DNA from: an uncultured delta proteobacterium
GTDB lineage: Bacteria > Desulfobacterota > Binatia > UBA9968
Length of the DNA stretch: 64,000 nucleotides
Direction of reading: 5' to 3'
Assembly: GCA_963804165.1 (NCBI GenBank)
Contig: CAWDPO010000035.1
Span: 128,001-192,000, forward strand
The translations under genes and the position numbers were made by a program. Positions 39,318-49,540 of this stretch are shown one piece after another. Position 1 is the first letter of the stretch. Every line of letters starts with the position of its first letter. The notes under the pieces were generated by a model. The model searched no databases, was not told the origin of the DNA, and worked only from the letters and a program-made list of their open reading frames with translations.

Positions 39318-40160
39318 CTAATGGGGAGTGTCGAGGAACGCGCGGTTATCCCGTTTTAGATACATTCTGACCCAGAGATCGTACAAATTATCCGGCCTGA
39401 ACACATCAATTTCTTTTTGCCCGTGCGGCGTCTCCACGACGACGCTCACCGACAATTCCTGCCAAGCGATTCCCAACAATCGTTCGCCCCTCTGCCTGAC
39501 CAGGTCACCGACGGTTCGCAGCAATTGCGATAAACAGTGGCCATCGGCGTTACCGCTTTGCTGGCGGCGGCGAGCGCGCTGTTCCCTTTCTATTCGGTCT
39601 AGCTCCTGCACCGAGTAACGAAGCCTTTTCCCGGTCGGTCGAGAAGAGGAGAGAGGGAAGGGTTCTTCATGACCAAGCGGTCGCGCCGGTGTTTTGTTCC
39701 GCCACAATTTCTGCAGCCGATTTTTGCTGATGCGAAAAAGCGGATTGACGCCACTCTCGCCTTCATCGGATTCTTTAACCCATACCAAATACGAATCGCC
39801 GACGTATTCCAGGTTAAAGGTGGAAAGGTGGAGGTTCTCTAAATCCTGGCCAATGGCGCGCAAATGGCGTGGATAATCCGAGGGGCTGATTCTTGTATCC
39901 ATCAGATCGTTCGGGTTCCGACCGCCTAGGTTCGTCGTCGATGGATCCAGTTTGCCGCGCACCAATCGCAAGGTCGTTCGGCGCGGCATCCGGGGCGGTT
40001 TCGAAACTCCTCGGACGATATTATGCACAGGTAGCTTATAGTTGCAATTCAAACAAAAATTGGTAACGGAGATGGCACGGCCTCTCACGCGCTTTTTAGC
40101 GACCGCGAATCCGATGAAGTAATCACACTTGGGGCAGTGACGCGCTCGGTATTTCGCCAT
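39318..40160 (-). CDS. Uncharacterised protein: N-terminal Zn ribbon plus a domain shared with 2267..2806
   Basis: CPKC...CLNC, then LRAIGQDLE...LSQLLRTVGD. Confidence 0.78.
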   Translation of the reverse strand: MAKYRARHCPKCDYFIGFAVAKKRVRGRAISVTNFCLNCNYKLPVHNIVRGVSKPPRMPRRTTLRLVRGKLDPSTTNLGGRNPNDLMDTRISPSDYPRHLRAIGQDLENLHLSTFNLEYVGDSYLVWVKESDEGESGVNPLFRISKNRLQKLWRNKTPARPLGHEEPFPLSSSRPTGKRLRYSVQELDRIEREQRARRRQQSGNADGHCLSQLLRTVGDLVRQRGERLLGIAWQELSVSVVVETPHGQKEIDVFRPDNLYDLWVRMYLKRDNRAFLDTPH

Positions 40161-40540
40161 TGCAGGTTGCTCGATATTGGCGAGGGTTGTAAGCGGAACA
40201 GCATCGAAAGTCAAGCGAGATCAGCCTGTTTTGTTAAAAATTCTAGATGCTTAGCCCGCAGTGATGTCGCCTGACCGCGCCGCGGTCATTTCTGTCAAAT
40301 GGTGTCGTGCGTTGGTCAGAGATGTGCCTAACGCCTACTTCGAAAACCATTTACGACAAATCGCGATGCGCGGCAAGTTGGTTTGTAAAACCGTCCTGCG
40401 TGATGTTCTGAGGCCCGGGGTTCTGACTCCAGAGACGATCAACAGCCACGGGCAAATTATGTCGAGGCTCTTTTTTGCCGACGCCGCTCTGTGATAAAAA
40501 AATTCTGTTATTAGAGTAAAAATCTTTTAGGGGAGTTGAC

Positions 40541-41623
40541 ATGGCAGACAACATTACTGTCTTTGATTGTGACGGTCATATCATCGAATCAATCCCGGAA
40601 ATGGTACCGTTCCTCGATCCCGTCGACCGCGAAGTCGCGCTAACGCCGTCGCGCAATCGTCAAGGCGTTTTCGCAAGTCTCGATGATATTCACTATCCCC
40701 GAAACGTGCGCAAATCCGGCGAAGTCGAGGCGCCGCGCCGGCCGCGCGTCGATGCCAGCCATCATCGTAAAGGCTCGGGCGAGGATTGGGTTGCGTTCTT
40801 GGAAAAAGCGGGAGTTTCCGAAGCGGTGTTGTTTCCATCCGAGGGGCTGTCGGTTGGGTTTTTTCAGCAGGCGGATTACGCGACGCGCGTGTGCCATGCC
40901 TTTAACGATTATGTTTCGGAACGCTACCGCAAAGTCGACAAGCGGCTTCATCCGATGGGTTTGATCGCTCTGCAAGACGTCAAGGGAGCCGTGAAAGAAC
41001 TGCGCCGCCTGGTGTTGGATCTCAAACTTCCCGGCGCGATGTTGCCGTCGCGCGGTTTGCCGCTGCATCTCGGCCATGATTATTACTGGCCGGTTTATGA
41101 AGAAGCGGCCAATCTCGGCTGTGCCTTGGGTATTCACGGCGGATCGAGCGTTGGACTCGGCGCCGATACATTTACGGATCCGTGGGCGGCGCGCGTGCTC
41201 AGGCATCCCGTCCCGCTGGCTTTGGAATTCGTCTCGTTAGTTTACCACGGAGTGGTCGATCGTTATCGGGATTTGCACATCGGGTTCTTCGAAGGCGGTT
41301 GTGCCTGGCTTCTGCTGCTCAAAGACCGCATGGATCGCGACGACAACGTCTACACGACCAGCACGGGGCATTCGCGCAGCCTTAACGATTATCTCGCAAG
41401 CGGCCAGGTGCTCGTTGGTTGCGAAGGCAACGAATGGATTTTGCCGTACGTGATCAAACAATGCGGCGCAGAAGCCTTCTCGTACGCTTCGGATTATCCC
41501 CATGAGGTCGACTTGGTTGCAGCCAAGCAGATGATTCACGACACAGTTGAACGTCCGGATTTGACGCACGCAGAAAAGGCCGCGGTCTTAGGTGATAATG
41601 CCAAGCGATTTTTTCGGGTCTAA
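40541..41623 (+). CDS. Amidohydrolase-2 family protein
   Basis: FDCDGH, IHGG, FFEGGCAW, ASDYPH, NAKRFF. Confidence 0.9.
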   Translation: MADNITVFDCDGHIIESIPEMVPFLDPVDREVALTPSRNRQGVFASLDDIHYPRNVRKSGEVEAPRRPRVDASHHRKGSGEDWVAFLEKAGVSEAVLFPSEGLSVGFFQQADYATRVCHAFNDYVSERYRKVDKRLHPMGLIALQDVKGAVKELRRLVLDLKLPGAMLPSRGLPLHLGHDYYWPVYEEAANLGCALGIHGGSSVGLGADTFTDPWAARVLRHPVPLALEFVSLVYHGVVDRYRDLHIGFFEGGCAWLLLLKDRMDRDDNVYTTSTGHSRSLNDYLASGQVLVGCEGNEWILPYVIKQCGAEAFSYASDYPHEVDLVAAKQMIHDTVERPDLTHAEKAAVLGDNAKRFFRV

Positions 41624-41633
41624 AAATCGCTTG

Positions 41634-41678
41634 GGTTCAAGTCGTTCAAGCCATTCAAAAAGTTCAAACGGTTCAAAG
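41634..41678. repeat. Nonamer tandem repeat (GTTCAANNN), same family as 18622-18725
   Basis: GTTCAAGTC GTTCAAGCC ATTCAAAAA GTTCAAACG GTTCAAAG. Confidence 0.7.
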
Positions 41679-41684
41679 AGCAAG

Positions 41685-41717
41685 AAAGTCGGGAGAGGGA
41701 AACTTCCCCGACTTTTT
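41685..41717. terminator. Probable bidirectional intrinsic terminator
   Basis: AAAGTCGGGA...TTCCCCGACTTTTT hairpin between convergent genes. Confidence 0.6.
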
Positions 41718-43200
41718 ATTGTTGGGACGAGGCGGGGAAGATCAACGATTTGATGACCACTGGGACGGCGCCGGACGATGGGATCAGCGCGCCGATGTCG
41801 ATGTAGTCAAAATCGCTGAGCGCGATGCCGTCGATGGAGATGATCGGGTTTTGCATCTGTAGTTCTTCTTGAAAATGTAATCCAATAATACCGCCGATGT
41901 CGCCGTCGTTCACCAAAACTAGCGGATGACCTTTGGCGAAGATATCTTTGAGTCCTTCGGCGACGCCGCTGCAGAAAGCCTGCAACCGGAAAAATGTCGC
42001 TGAGCCGTCCCAATGAAACGCCACGGCGACGGGTTGGCGTCCGTGCACTAGATCCAAGCGCCGCAGCGCATTGAGCAGCCCGTCGCGGATCGCGTCCTTG
42101 GTGAAACCATCCTCGCTTAACGGAAACTCCGGCGCGACGACCGCGACGTTGCGCACGGGAACGGCGTCTTCCGGCGAAATAAAAACCGTGTTGCCGCTCA
42201 CTTGAACGGTATATTGCGAGGCGCCGATGACCGTGGCGCGGATGCGCGCTGCTGGCTCCATGACGAGCACTTCTAGGTCCGCCATACGCCGGTGAACTTC
42301 CTGAGCGATCAGAGGGCCGAGATCGCCGAAGGTGGTCTTTTCCCGGTTGTAGATAAACTCCGAGACGCCGCCGGAAAACATCACGCAGTCGATCTCGCCG
42401 TGATACGTCAAGGGCGGTAGCCGGAGCAGCCCTTTCACGTCATCGTTGACGGCTTGCGGTTTGAGCATGGCAAATAATTTGTCGACCATCCCAGCGACCA
42501 TCTTGCGCAAGTCATCCTGTGGGACCCTTTGTCCGAGCTCAACGGTGAATCCCGCCCAGCCGGCATGCTTTCGGCCGGCTTCTTCGATACGCACGACCGC
42601 GCCGTTTGGCTCGAAGGCGAGCAGTCGCGCGCCGATATCGATCGCCGAGACTTCCTGGACCTTGCCGTTGTTGCACAAGGCAAATTTGCTCGTACCGCCG
42701 CCGATATCGATGTTCAAAACGACGCCGCCGATCTTCGCCGAATGCGCCACAGCGCCCGAGCCGTGCGCCGCCATGGTCGCTTCCAGACCGTCTCCGGCGC
42801 TCACGGCGACGAACTTGCCGGCTTCTTCCGCGAACAGTTCCCCAATCGCGCGAGCGTTTCGCCGGCGCACCGCGACGCCGGTGAGAATCAGCGCGCCGGT
42901 ATCGACTTCTTCGCGTTTGATCTTGGCTTTTTTGTATTGCTCGTTGATGAACGCTTCGAGACCTTCGACGTCGATCCTGGTGTCGTCGACGTAGGGCGTG
43001 AGGAGTATTGCCGATTCGTTCAGCACTTCGCGCCGCGTGACGCGATAGCGCGAACCCTCGAGGGTCAGTTCCAATCGGGAGAAAACCAGGTGAGAAGTCG
43101 ACGAGCCAATGTCGACGCCGACGCTGGTGAGCTGGAGCTTTTCTTCCTCCTGCATGTGGCGGTTGGCATTGGAAAACGAACCTCGAGGTGCGGTGGCCAT
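41716..43200 (-). CDS. eutA: EutA-family (ethanolamine ammonia-lyase reactivase-like) ASKHA ATPase
   Basis: SVGVDIGSSTSHLVFSRL, TGALILTG, FVAVSAGDGLEA, NIDIGGGTSK, FSGGVSE, IRATVIGASQYT, PVVIKSLIF. Confidence 0.85.
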   Translation of the reverse strand: MATAPRGSFSNANRHMQEEEKLQLTSVGVDIGSSTSHLVFSRLELTLEGSRYRVTRREVLNESAILLTPYVDDTRIDVEGLEAFINEQYKKAKIKREEVDTGALILTGVAVRRRNARAIGELFAEEAGKFVAVSAGDGLEATMAAHGSGAVAHSAKIGGVVLNIDIGGGTSKFALCNNGKVQEVSAIDIGARLLAFEPNGAVVRIEEAGRKHAGWAGFTVELGQRVPQDDLRKMVAGMVDKLFAMLKPQAVNDDVKGLLRLPPLTYHGEIDCVMFSGGVSEFIYNREKTTFGDLGPLIAQEVHRRMADLEVLVMEPAARIRATVIGASQYTVQVSGNTVFISPEDAVPVRNVAVVAPEFPLSEDGFTKDAIRDGLLNALRRLDLVHGRQPVAVAFHWDGSATFFRLQAFCSGVAEGLKDIFAKGHPLVLVNDGDIGGIIGLHFQEELQMQNPIISIDGIALSDFDYIDIGALIPSSGAVPVVIKSLIFPASSQQ

Positions 43201-43227
43201 GAAAATCCTTTGGGTGAATTGAAATCG

Positions 43228-43275
43228 CCTGGAGTCTAGAGCCTGGTATTTAAACTAAACTCCAGACTCTAGACG
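43228..43275. repeat. Heptamer hairpin element
   Basis: CTGGAGT CTAGAGC CTGG... then inverted ACTCCAG ACTCTAG AC. Confidence 0.5.
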
Positions 43276-43287
43276 CGAGACAGATTC

Positions 43288-44484
43288 TTAGTAGGAGTGC
43301 TTGTAAAGATCCGGCTCCATGCGTGATTGTGCGCCGACACTTGCCAGCGTTTCTTCGAACTCTTTACGCAGGTACGGATCTTCTTCGTTGTACGGGATCG
43401 CGGTGCCGCCGTCTTTCATGTCGATGGCGCCGTAGTCGATGCCCTTTTCACCGGGCTTGCCGCGATCGCGTCCCGGCGCATTGGGGCCGAACCAAGCGGT
43501 CAGACGCAGGGGCTCTTTGCTCGCGCCAAAATGGGCGTGAAACCAGTTGCCGCTCATCGGCGCCGCGCTCACCATGCCCACCGGTTCATAGTCCTGCCGG
43601 CGGATTTCTTCGGTGGTGCCCTTTTCCCAAGGATGGGTACCTAATTTTGACGGCCAGGTGTAAGTGTATCCTTTGCCGCTCAAGCAAATCAGCACCGCAG
43701 CGGAACCGTGCGCATGCGCCTTCGAGTAACGGCCCGTCTCGTGCTGGCCGATCCACATATAAAATTGCTGTCCCGCCATGTGCGGTTCGATGCGCCGATA
43801 ACCCGGCGAGCGGCGGTTATCCATGGGCAACTCGCAGGACATCACGTCGGGAATAATGTTCGTCTGGCGCATGGCGAGACCTCGAAGCGGGTCCGGCGTG
43901 ACTTCTTCTTTGTACTTGTAGTAGTCGTCGCTCGGATCGAAACGATCTTTGAAATGATAGGGGCAATTGAAGATAAAATCTTCATTGCCAAAGTTATTCA
44001 TAATGTTAGGCGCCGTGGTGCCGCCGAGCAAAAGCGCCGGACTGGAAGTCGCGTTGACGATGCGATGTGTCGCATTCATCGGAATGGCGAAGATCGAACC
44101 CTTCTGCCATTCAAACGTGACCTTCTTCGGATTGCCGTCAATCCAAACCTCGGTCGTGCCGCGGCCGTCGACGACGAGATATTGTTCTTCATACAGATGC
44201 TTTTCGGGATTGAGCGCACCCGCGCCGGGGACTTCGACGACGTAGCAACCCCAGAGACCTTCGGTGCCGAGGAGCTGAATGAATGTGCCGCTGCCGCCCA
44301 TGCGCTTCCACGGTTTGCGCGGCAGATCCTGCACGCGGCGCACGCCGATGTCGCGATAAATCGGAATGCCCTGCGACTCCATGAAGTTGTCATAGGGCGT
44401 GTTCGGCCGGAGAAATTTTCCATAACCGGCCCGGGTCTTTTTATCTGTCGGTTCCTGAAATGTTTGCTCAGCGGGTTGATCCAT
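43288..44484 (-). CDS. Bicupin protein (gentisate dioxygenase-like fold)
   Basis: EKHLYEEQYLVVDGRG...FAIPMNATH and KAHAHGSAAVLICLSGKG...WFHAHF; AGGAGG RBS. Confidence 0.82.
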   Translation of the reverse strand: MDQPAEQTFQEPTDKKTRAGYGKFLRPNTPYDNFMESQGIPIYRDIGVRRVQDLPRKPWKRMGGSGTFIQLLGTEGLWGCYVVEVPGAGALNPEKHLYEEQYLVVDGRGTTEVWIDGNPKKVTFEWQKGSIFAIPMNATHRIVNATSSPALLLGGTTAPNIMNNFGNEDFIFNCPYHFKDRFDPSDDYYKYKEEVTPDPLRGLAMRQTNIIPDVMSCELPMDNRRSPGYRRIEPHMAGQQFYMWIGQHETGRYSKAHAHGSAAVLICLSGKGYTYTWPSKLGTHPWEKGTTEEIRRQDYEPVGMVSAAPMSGNWFHAHFGASKEPLRLTAWFGPNAPGRDRGKPGEKGIDYGAIDMKDGGTAIPYNEEDPYLRKEFEETLASVGAQSRMEPDLYKHSY

Positions 44485-44569
44485 AATGCCTCCTTCTTGC
44501 TTATATAATTCGTTGGAATCTGCAGATCGGCGTGAGACCACATGCTCAAGCCCAGCGGATTTGAATCAA

Positions 44570-44598
44570 TTATTATCGATTGGTAGACGGGGAGTCAA
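44570..44598 (-). promoter_or_regulatory. Sigma70-type promoter for the bicupin-eutA operon
   Basis: TTGACT-N17-TAATAA on the minus strand. Confidence 0.5.
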
Positions 44599-45240
44599 AC
44601 GAACGATCGACGAGACAAGGCGTAAAGTTGTTGGCGATCTCGTGGGCCAAGGACGATGATCCAGCACACAAGGAATCCTGCGCGAATCCAACTATAGGCA
44701 GAATTCGGTCTAACGAATCCTATCCTCGCGGGAATGGGATGCCGAATAAGCAGCAGGCCGAGCACGAGTGAAGATACCAGCGCGCCCACGATCCAAGTGA
44801 GCGATTCAGAGAAAACGGGAATCGCAATCGAGTCGCCCCATACTGGGTAGTCGAAACGTTGCTGCCGGACTCCGTAAATACCACATCGAAAGTGGAATGC
44901 GTGCAACCCAAAGTGTGAGCCATAGAAGGAACAGCGCCCGAACACTCCGCAACCACGGAGATCGGTCATAGAGAAACCAAACGCCGCTCGCGAGCAAGAG
45001 TCCAACCCCAGCGGCACAGAGTCCCCGACCAAAATCGGAGAGCTTTTTGTGTGGGGTCTCGTAAGTGCGCAGCTGGGAATACCACTCCTCAAAGCGTGTC
45101 TCGTATGGCTTGGCTTCGAGCTCGCTTGACAAACGCTCTGGAGCAGTCGCGTCGGTGTAAACTGGCAACGTCATCGCGTAGGTGACGAGGCTTCCGCCAG
45201 CGAGGATCAAAACTATCGAGATTGAAATCGACCAGCGCAT
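44595..45240 (-). CDS. Hypothetical membrane protein, frameshift near 44878
   Basis: Hydrophobic segments continue from the 44806..45300 ORF (...LSMWY) into the 44595..45092 ORF (YGVRQQRF...). Confidence 0.55.
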
Positions 45241-45503
45241 GTCAGGCACTAACTGTTGCTCTATCAGACGACTTCTGACTGGCCTGTCCCATTGGTTCAA
45301 TTAACATCATGGATTACGAACCGATATCCCAATTCATTGATATTTGTAAACTCGTCGCTTGCCGCATTAGTGCGGGATCAGTGGTGGCAGATGATATGAA
45401 AGAGGGTTTACTACTTCCTGGATTTCATCATTCCGGCTTGTCGACGTCTTTCCTGGCAAACACAGACCAGTTTTTCTCTTATAGGACGCTCAAGCAGCTC
45501 TGC

Positions 45504-46109
45504 CTACGCTGCGCCTGGCCCTTTCGTAAACGTCAGCCGGCGATAAACCTGGCGTGTGGAATCGACGTCGCGCTTGCAGTATTCGACTATCTCGGCGAGT
45601 TTACCGGCGCGGTAGTACGGGTAGACTTTAGAGCCGTCGAGGCTTTCCTTCGGCGAAGGGATGCTGAGGGCTTTCGAAAGCGTGTCGAGACTGGCGTGCT
45701 CGCGGCCCCACTTGCTCCACTCCTGCATGGTGTCGTAGATCGGCGCGTTGCGGAACCGGGCGAAAGGAAGATCTCGTGACGGCTTGATCTGATGGATGAT
45801 CGAGCGTTGATAGATGAAGCGCAGGTCAAAGTCTAGGATATTGTGGCCGACGAAGAGGTTGCAGTCGGCGGCCAACTTCCAAAAGGCGTTGATAATTTCC
45901 GTTTCCTCGCCCTGGAGAGCTTGCACTTCGCAACCGACGGGCGGCTCAACGGCGTAGCAGATACAAATAATTTTCGCGGTTACCGCCGATAGGCTGAGCT
46001 TTTTGAGCAGCTCGGCTTCGTTCAACTGAATCTGGGGCTCGAGCAATCCATTTTCTTCAAGTGATCGATCGGTGGGCACGGTTTCAATATCCAAAAAACA
46101 GATTTTCAT
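45504..46109 (-). CDS. 3'-5' exonuclease, RNase H-like/PolB-exonuclease-related (DEDDy)
   Basis: FLDIETVP (ExoI), GHNILDFD (ExoII), YCKRDV (ExoIII). Confidence 0.88.
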   Translation of the reverse strand: MKICFLDIETVPTDRSLEENGLLEPQIQLNEAELLKKLSLSAVTAKIICICYAVEPPVGCEVQALQGEETEIINAFWKLAADCNLFVGHNILDFDLRFIYQRSIIHQIKPSRDLPFARFRNAPIYDTMQEWSKWGREHASLDTLSKALSIPSPKESLDGSKVYPYYRAGKLAEIVEYCKRDVDSTRQVYRRLTFTKGPGAA

Positions 46110-46117
46110 GGGAATCC

Positions 46118-49100
46118 TTAAAACAGCGCGAGTTGCCGATTCTTCACAAGCCCGAGCTCGACCGCTTCGCCGAGACGCAGGAAAATTATTTTGAACGCTG
46201 CGATCTCCCGTCCGAGACTCTGCTTGACTGCTTGCGAATAGATTTCCGCCTGTTGGCGATAGCGTTCGGCCGCTTGGCTCAGCTCATTTCGAGCGACTCT
46301 ATCTGTCTTATAGTCGGCTAGGTAAAGCAAGTTGTTTTTTTCGTAGACGAGATCGATGACGCCCTCCATGATCTGGCCGTTCCACGGCATCAAGAGCGGG
46401 ACTTCGCGGCCGAGGATATGCGACTGAGCGAAGTCGGCGTAGGCTTTCGAGCGAAAGAAAGCGCGGAAAATCTCTTGAAGCTCCGATTCAATCTCCCGGC
46501 GGGAGGATTCGAATTCGGTGGGCAGCGCATGACGGATGAAATCGTCAAGCTGGCGCTCGAAGTTTTTGACGTCGCGGGTGAACTCCCAGTTCTGCAGAAA
46601 ACGATGTGCAAGATCACCAACGACAAGCGCCGGCGTTTGCCGAAAGGGTTGTCCGTTCGTTTTGCTGCCTGCTTCAGTCGAAGTTTCTTCTTGCCGTTTG
46701 AGAAGTGTCGGCGTGAGAAACGGCTGGGATTGTCGCGCTTTTTCATAGGCGGACGCGCGCTGTGCCCAAGTATCGACGAAGGCTTGCCAGTTGAGTGTTT
46801 TCTTGGTGCGTTTGGAACTCGTTTTGGTTCGGCTTGGCGCGGCCAGGCTCGCGCTGACTACTTCGATTTCCACCGTGCCATTGCCGGCGTCAACTGTTTT
46901 TGACGCCTCGGCGTCGGCGATGCTGTCGTTGAGCGTGCCGTCGAGCATGGAGAGGAAACTGCCGCCGGATCGCCGGCTGCTCGGCGCGCAGGAGATGATT
47001 AAGTTTTCACGCGCTCGGGTCATGGCAACGTAGAGCAGACGCTTTTGTTCTTCCGCGTTTCTCAGTCTGGTTTTTTCCGCGATGTACAGTCCGGCGAGGT
47101 CTGAAATCGCGCCGATGCGCAGGCCGGTCAGCCCGGTCGACCAATCGAACAACGCTTCGGCATCGGCGCTCCGTCTGCCTTCGATGCCAGTCTGGCACCC
47201 GGCTAAAATCACGATCGGGAATTCCAACCCCTTAGATTTGTGAATGCTCATGATGCGCACAGCGTCGAGATTTTCTTCAGCGAGCACACTCTCGCCTTCC
47301 TCCTTGACGTCGAGTACGCGTTGTTCGAGCTGGCGAATCGCTTCTTTCAGCGTGGTCAATCCTTCGCGGCCAAGTAGTTCCGCTTGTTGCGCCAGCTTTT
47401 GCAAATTTGCCACCGCCTGTTCGCCGTGAAAGTAGCAGGCCGCTAGGAACTCCACCGGCAACGTCGTGAAGATATGCGCTACTGCGGCGCCGATCGGCAG
47501 GGTCCGAGTCTCGTTGTGAAGGCGCGCCAGAGCTTCATAGAGCTCGGCGAGAGTCGGTGCAAAATCTTTCCCAACGAGTTTCTCGGCAGCGCGGTAATCG
47601 AGCAGGTTTTGCCGGTGCAGCTCATAAATTTGCTGGTCGGTGAGCCCGCCCAAAGGCGAGCGCAGTACGCCGACCAATGCGAGGCGGTCGTGGGGATTTT
47701 CCACGGCGCGCAGGAGGTTGACGGCGTCGATGACTTCTTTCGCTGCGTAAAAGTGGCGCTCGCCTTCGACGACGTAACGAATTTCTTGGCGGCGCAAGGG
47801 TTCTAGGTAGTCGTGGATGTCGGTGAGCTTGCGCAAAAGAATGGCGACATCTTTAGGCTGCGCATAGACCTGTTCGCCGAGCGCATTGAGGATCGCGGTT
47901 TTGCCTAAGATCTGTTCCTTTAACCAGCGCGCCAAGCTCTCGCCTTCTAGACGACGCGCGGTTTCGGCATTGGTCTCTTGGTCCGTCGCGACGATCTTTC
48001 GCACCAAGAGCTTCGGGACATGGCTTGGCGCCGCGATTCTTCCGGGCACGGGGTGTATGGCGATGTAGGGCGGCTGCAAATTATCTTGGGCCTGGATGAG
48101 GGTTTCAAAAGCACCGTTGACGACGTCGAGTATCGCCGCATTGCTGCGAAAATTGGTCGTGAGCCGGCATTCGACGCCGTTCTGCGCCTTGATGATTTTC
48201 TCGACGACTTCGAGATAGGCCTCGATGTCGGCCCGGCGAAAAGCATAGATCGACTGTTTGGGATCGCCGACGACGAAGACTTTGCCAGGGGTCAGTTTTA
48301 CCTTACGCCAGTCCTTGGCTGCAGCGCCTTGGGCTTCCGCGAGATAGAGCAGGATCTCGTATTGGATCGGATCGGTGTCTTGAAATTCGTCGATGAGGAT
48401 TGTGCGGTAGCGCCGTTTGAGGTCCGCGCGCACGTGATCTTGGTCGCGGACAAGATTGCGTGCGCGCACGAGCAAGCCGTCGAAGGAAAGATGGCCTTCG
48501 CGGATAAATCGTTCGCGGAAATCTTCGGCGTAGGGAACCAGCAAGCGCCAGAGTAGGCTGGTCAATTCCCCATCGATCTTGACCAGCCCTTTGGCGGCAC
48601 GTACGAGCGTTTGAGCTTCTGCAAAGTCGTCGGGCTCCCAATCCTTGAGCTCTCGACTGATCGTCTTCTCGGACAACAGGGTATGTTCGTCCGCCAATAG
48701 GTCCGACCGCTGTCCGGCTTTCAGAAATTCGCCAAGCACCGCCTGCGCCGCGCGAACTAACTTTTCGTTGAGCCGGTCTTCGGGATGGCGTTCAATCAAG
48801 TTTGCTGCTCGGTCTTCGAGTTGAACCAACCAATCGCGCAGCGCGGGCGAAATTGGGTTCCGCCCATCCAGGTTCTGTCGAAGATCGACGTTTTCCGTGG
48901 AAATCGATTTGGCTAGAGCTTTGATCTGATCGAGTTGACAGAGCGGAAGAATTTTTCGCCAGTCCGCCGCGTGGGAGCTTCGCAGTGAAAGTTCCTGATC
49001 CAGCCAGAGATCCCATTGCTCGTCGAAAAGGCGGTCAAATGCGGCGCCATCGTCCTCGTGAAATTGCGGGTCGACTCCTGCTTCGAGAGGATAAAGCCGG

Positions 49101-49540
49101 AGCAACGTGGCGGCGAAGCTGTGAATCGTGCCGATGTCGCTCCGTTCCATGTTTCTCAGCGCGTCGTGAATGCGGCGGTCCAACTCATCCTTGGAGAGTT
49201 GGTAACACGCGATCAGAGCTTCAATAGCGTTCTGAGTTTTTTTCTCGATGTCATTTGTGGGTTGGCGGTCGAGCTCGACATCGAGAAAAGCTTGCAAGCG
49301 TTGGCGCAGCCGGAACTTCATCTCCTCCGCGGCTTTATTGGTAAAAGTAAGGGCGACGATCTCGGTGATTTTTAGCGGCTCGGGGTTGCGCAACAGCAAA
49401 TGAACGAGGCGATCGACTAACAACGTCGTTTTGCCCGTGCCCGCCCCCGCTGTGACCACGAGGTTGCGATCGAAGGTGGCGATGGCGATTTGGCGATCGC
49501 GGGCGTCGGGCAGTTCGATATTCGCTTGGGTCGCGTTCAT
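46118..49540 (-). CDS. addA: AddA-like UvrD helicase-nuclease
   Basis: AGAGTGKT, LTFTNKAA, IDEFQDT, VGDPKQSIY, MSIHKSKGLEF, YVAMTRA; C-terminal GVIDL...DYKT nuclease. Confidence 0.9.
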   Translation of the reverse strand: MNATQANIELPDARDRQIAIATFDRNLVVTAGAGTGKTTLLVDRLVHLLLRNPEPLKITEIVALTFTNKAAEEMKFRLRQRLQAFLDVELDRQPTNDIEKKTQNAIEALIACYQLSKDELDRRIHDALRNMERSDIGTIHSFAATLLRLYPLEAGVDPQFHEDDGAAFDRLFDEQWDLWLDQELSLRSSHAADWRKILPLCQLDQIKALAKSISTENVDLRQNLDGRNPISPALRDWLVQLEDRAANLIERHPEDRLNEKLVRAAQAVLGEFLKAGQRSDLLADEHTLLSEKTISRELKDWEPDDFAEAQTLVRAAKGLVKIDGELTSLLWRLLVPYAEDFRERFIREGHLSFDGLLVRARNLVRDQDHVRADLKRRYRTILIDEFQDTDPIQYEILLYLAEAQGAAAKDWRKVKLTPGKVFVVGDPKQSIYAFRRADIEAYLEVVEKIIKAQNGVECRLTTNFRSNAAILDVVNGAFETLIQAQDNLQPPYIAIHPVPGRIAAPSHVPKLLVRKIVATDQETNAETARRLEGESLARWLKEQILGKTAILNALGEQVYAQPKDVAILLRKLTDIHDYLEPLRRQEIRYVVEGERHFYAAKEVIDAVNLLRAVENPHDRLALVGVLRSPLGGLTDQQIYELHRQNLLDYRAAEKLVGKDFAPTLAELYEALARLHNETRTLPIGAAVAHIFTTLPVEFLAACYFHGEQAVANLQKLAQQAELLGREGLTTLKEAIRQLEQRVLDVKEEGESVLAEENLDAVRIMSIHKSKGLEFPIVILAGCQTGIEGRRSADAEALFDWSTGLTGLRIGAISDLAGLYIAEKTRLRNAEEQKRLLYVAMTRARENLIISCAPSSRRSGGSFLSMLDGTLNDSIADAEASKTVDAGNGTVEIEVVSASLAAPSRTKTSSKRTKKTLNWQAFVDTWAQRASAYEKARQSQPFLTPTLLKRQEETSTEAGSKTNGQPFRQTPALVVGDLAHRFLQNWEFTRDVKNFERQLDDFIRHALPTEFESSRREIESELQEIFRAFFRSKAYADFAQSHILGREVPLLMPWNGQIMEGVIDLVYEKNNLLYLADYKTDRVARNELSQAAERYRQQAEIYSQAVKQSLGREIAAFKIIFLRLGEAVELGLVKNRQLALF

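Noticed and set aside
44700-45300. Integron attC-like GTTAG sites around the membrane gene
   Set aside because: No paired RYYYAAC/GTTRRRY palindrome, one site lies within coding sequence, and there is no integrase.
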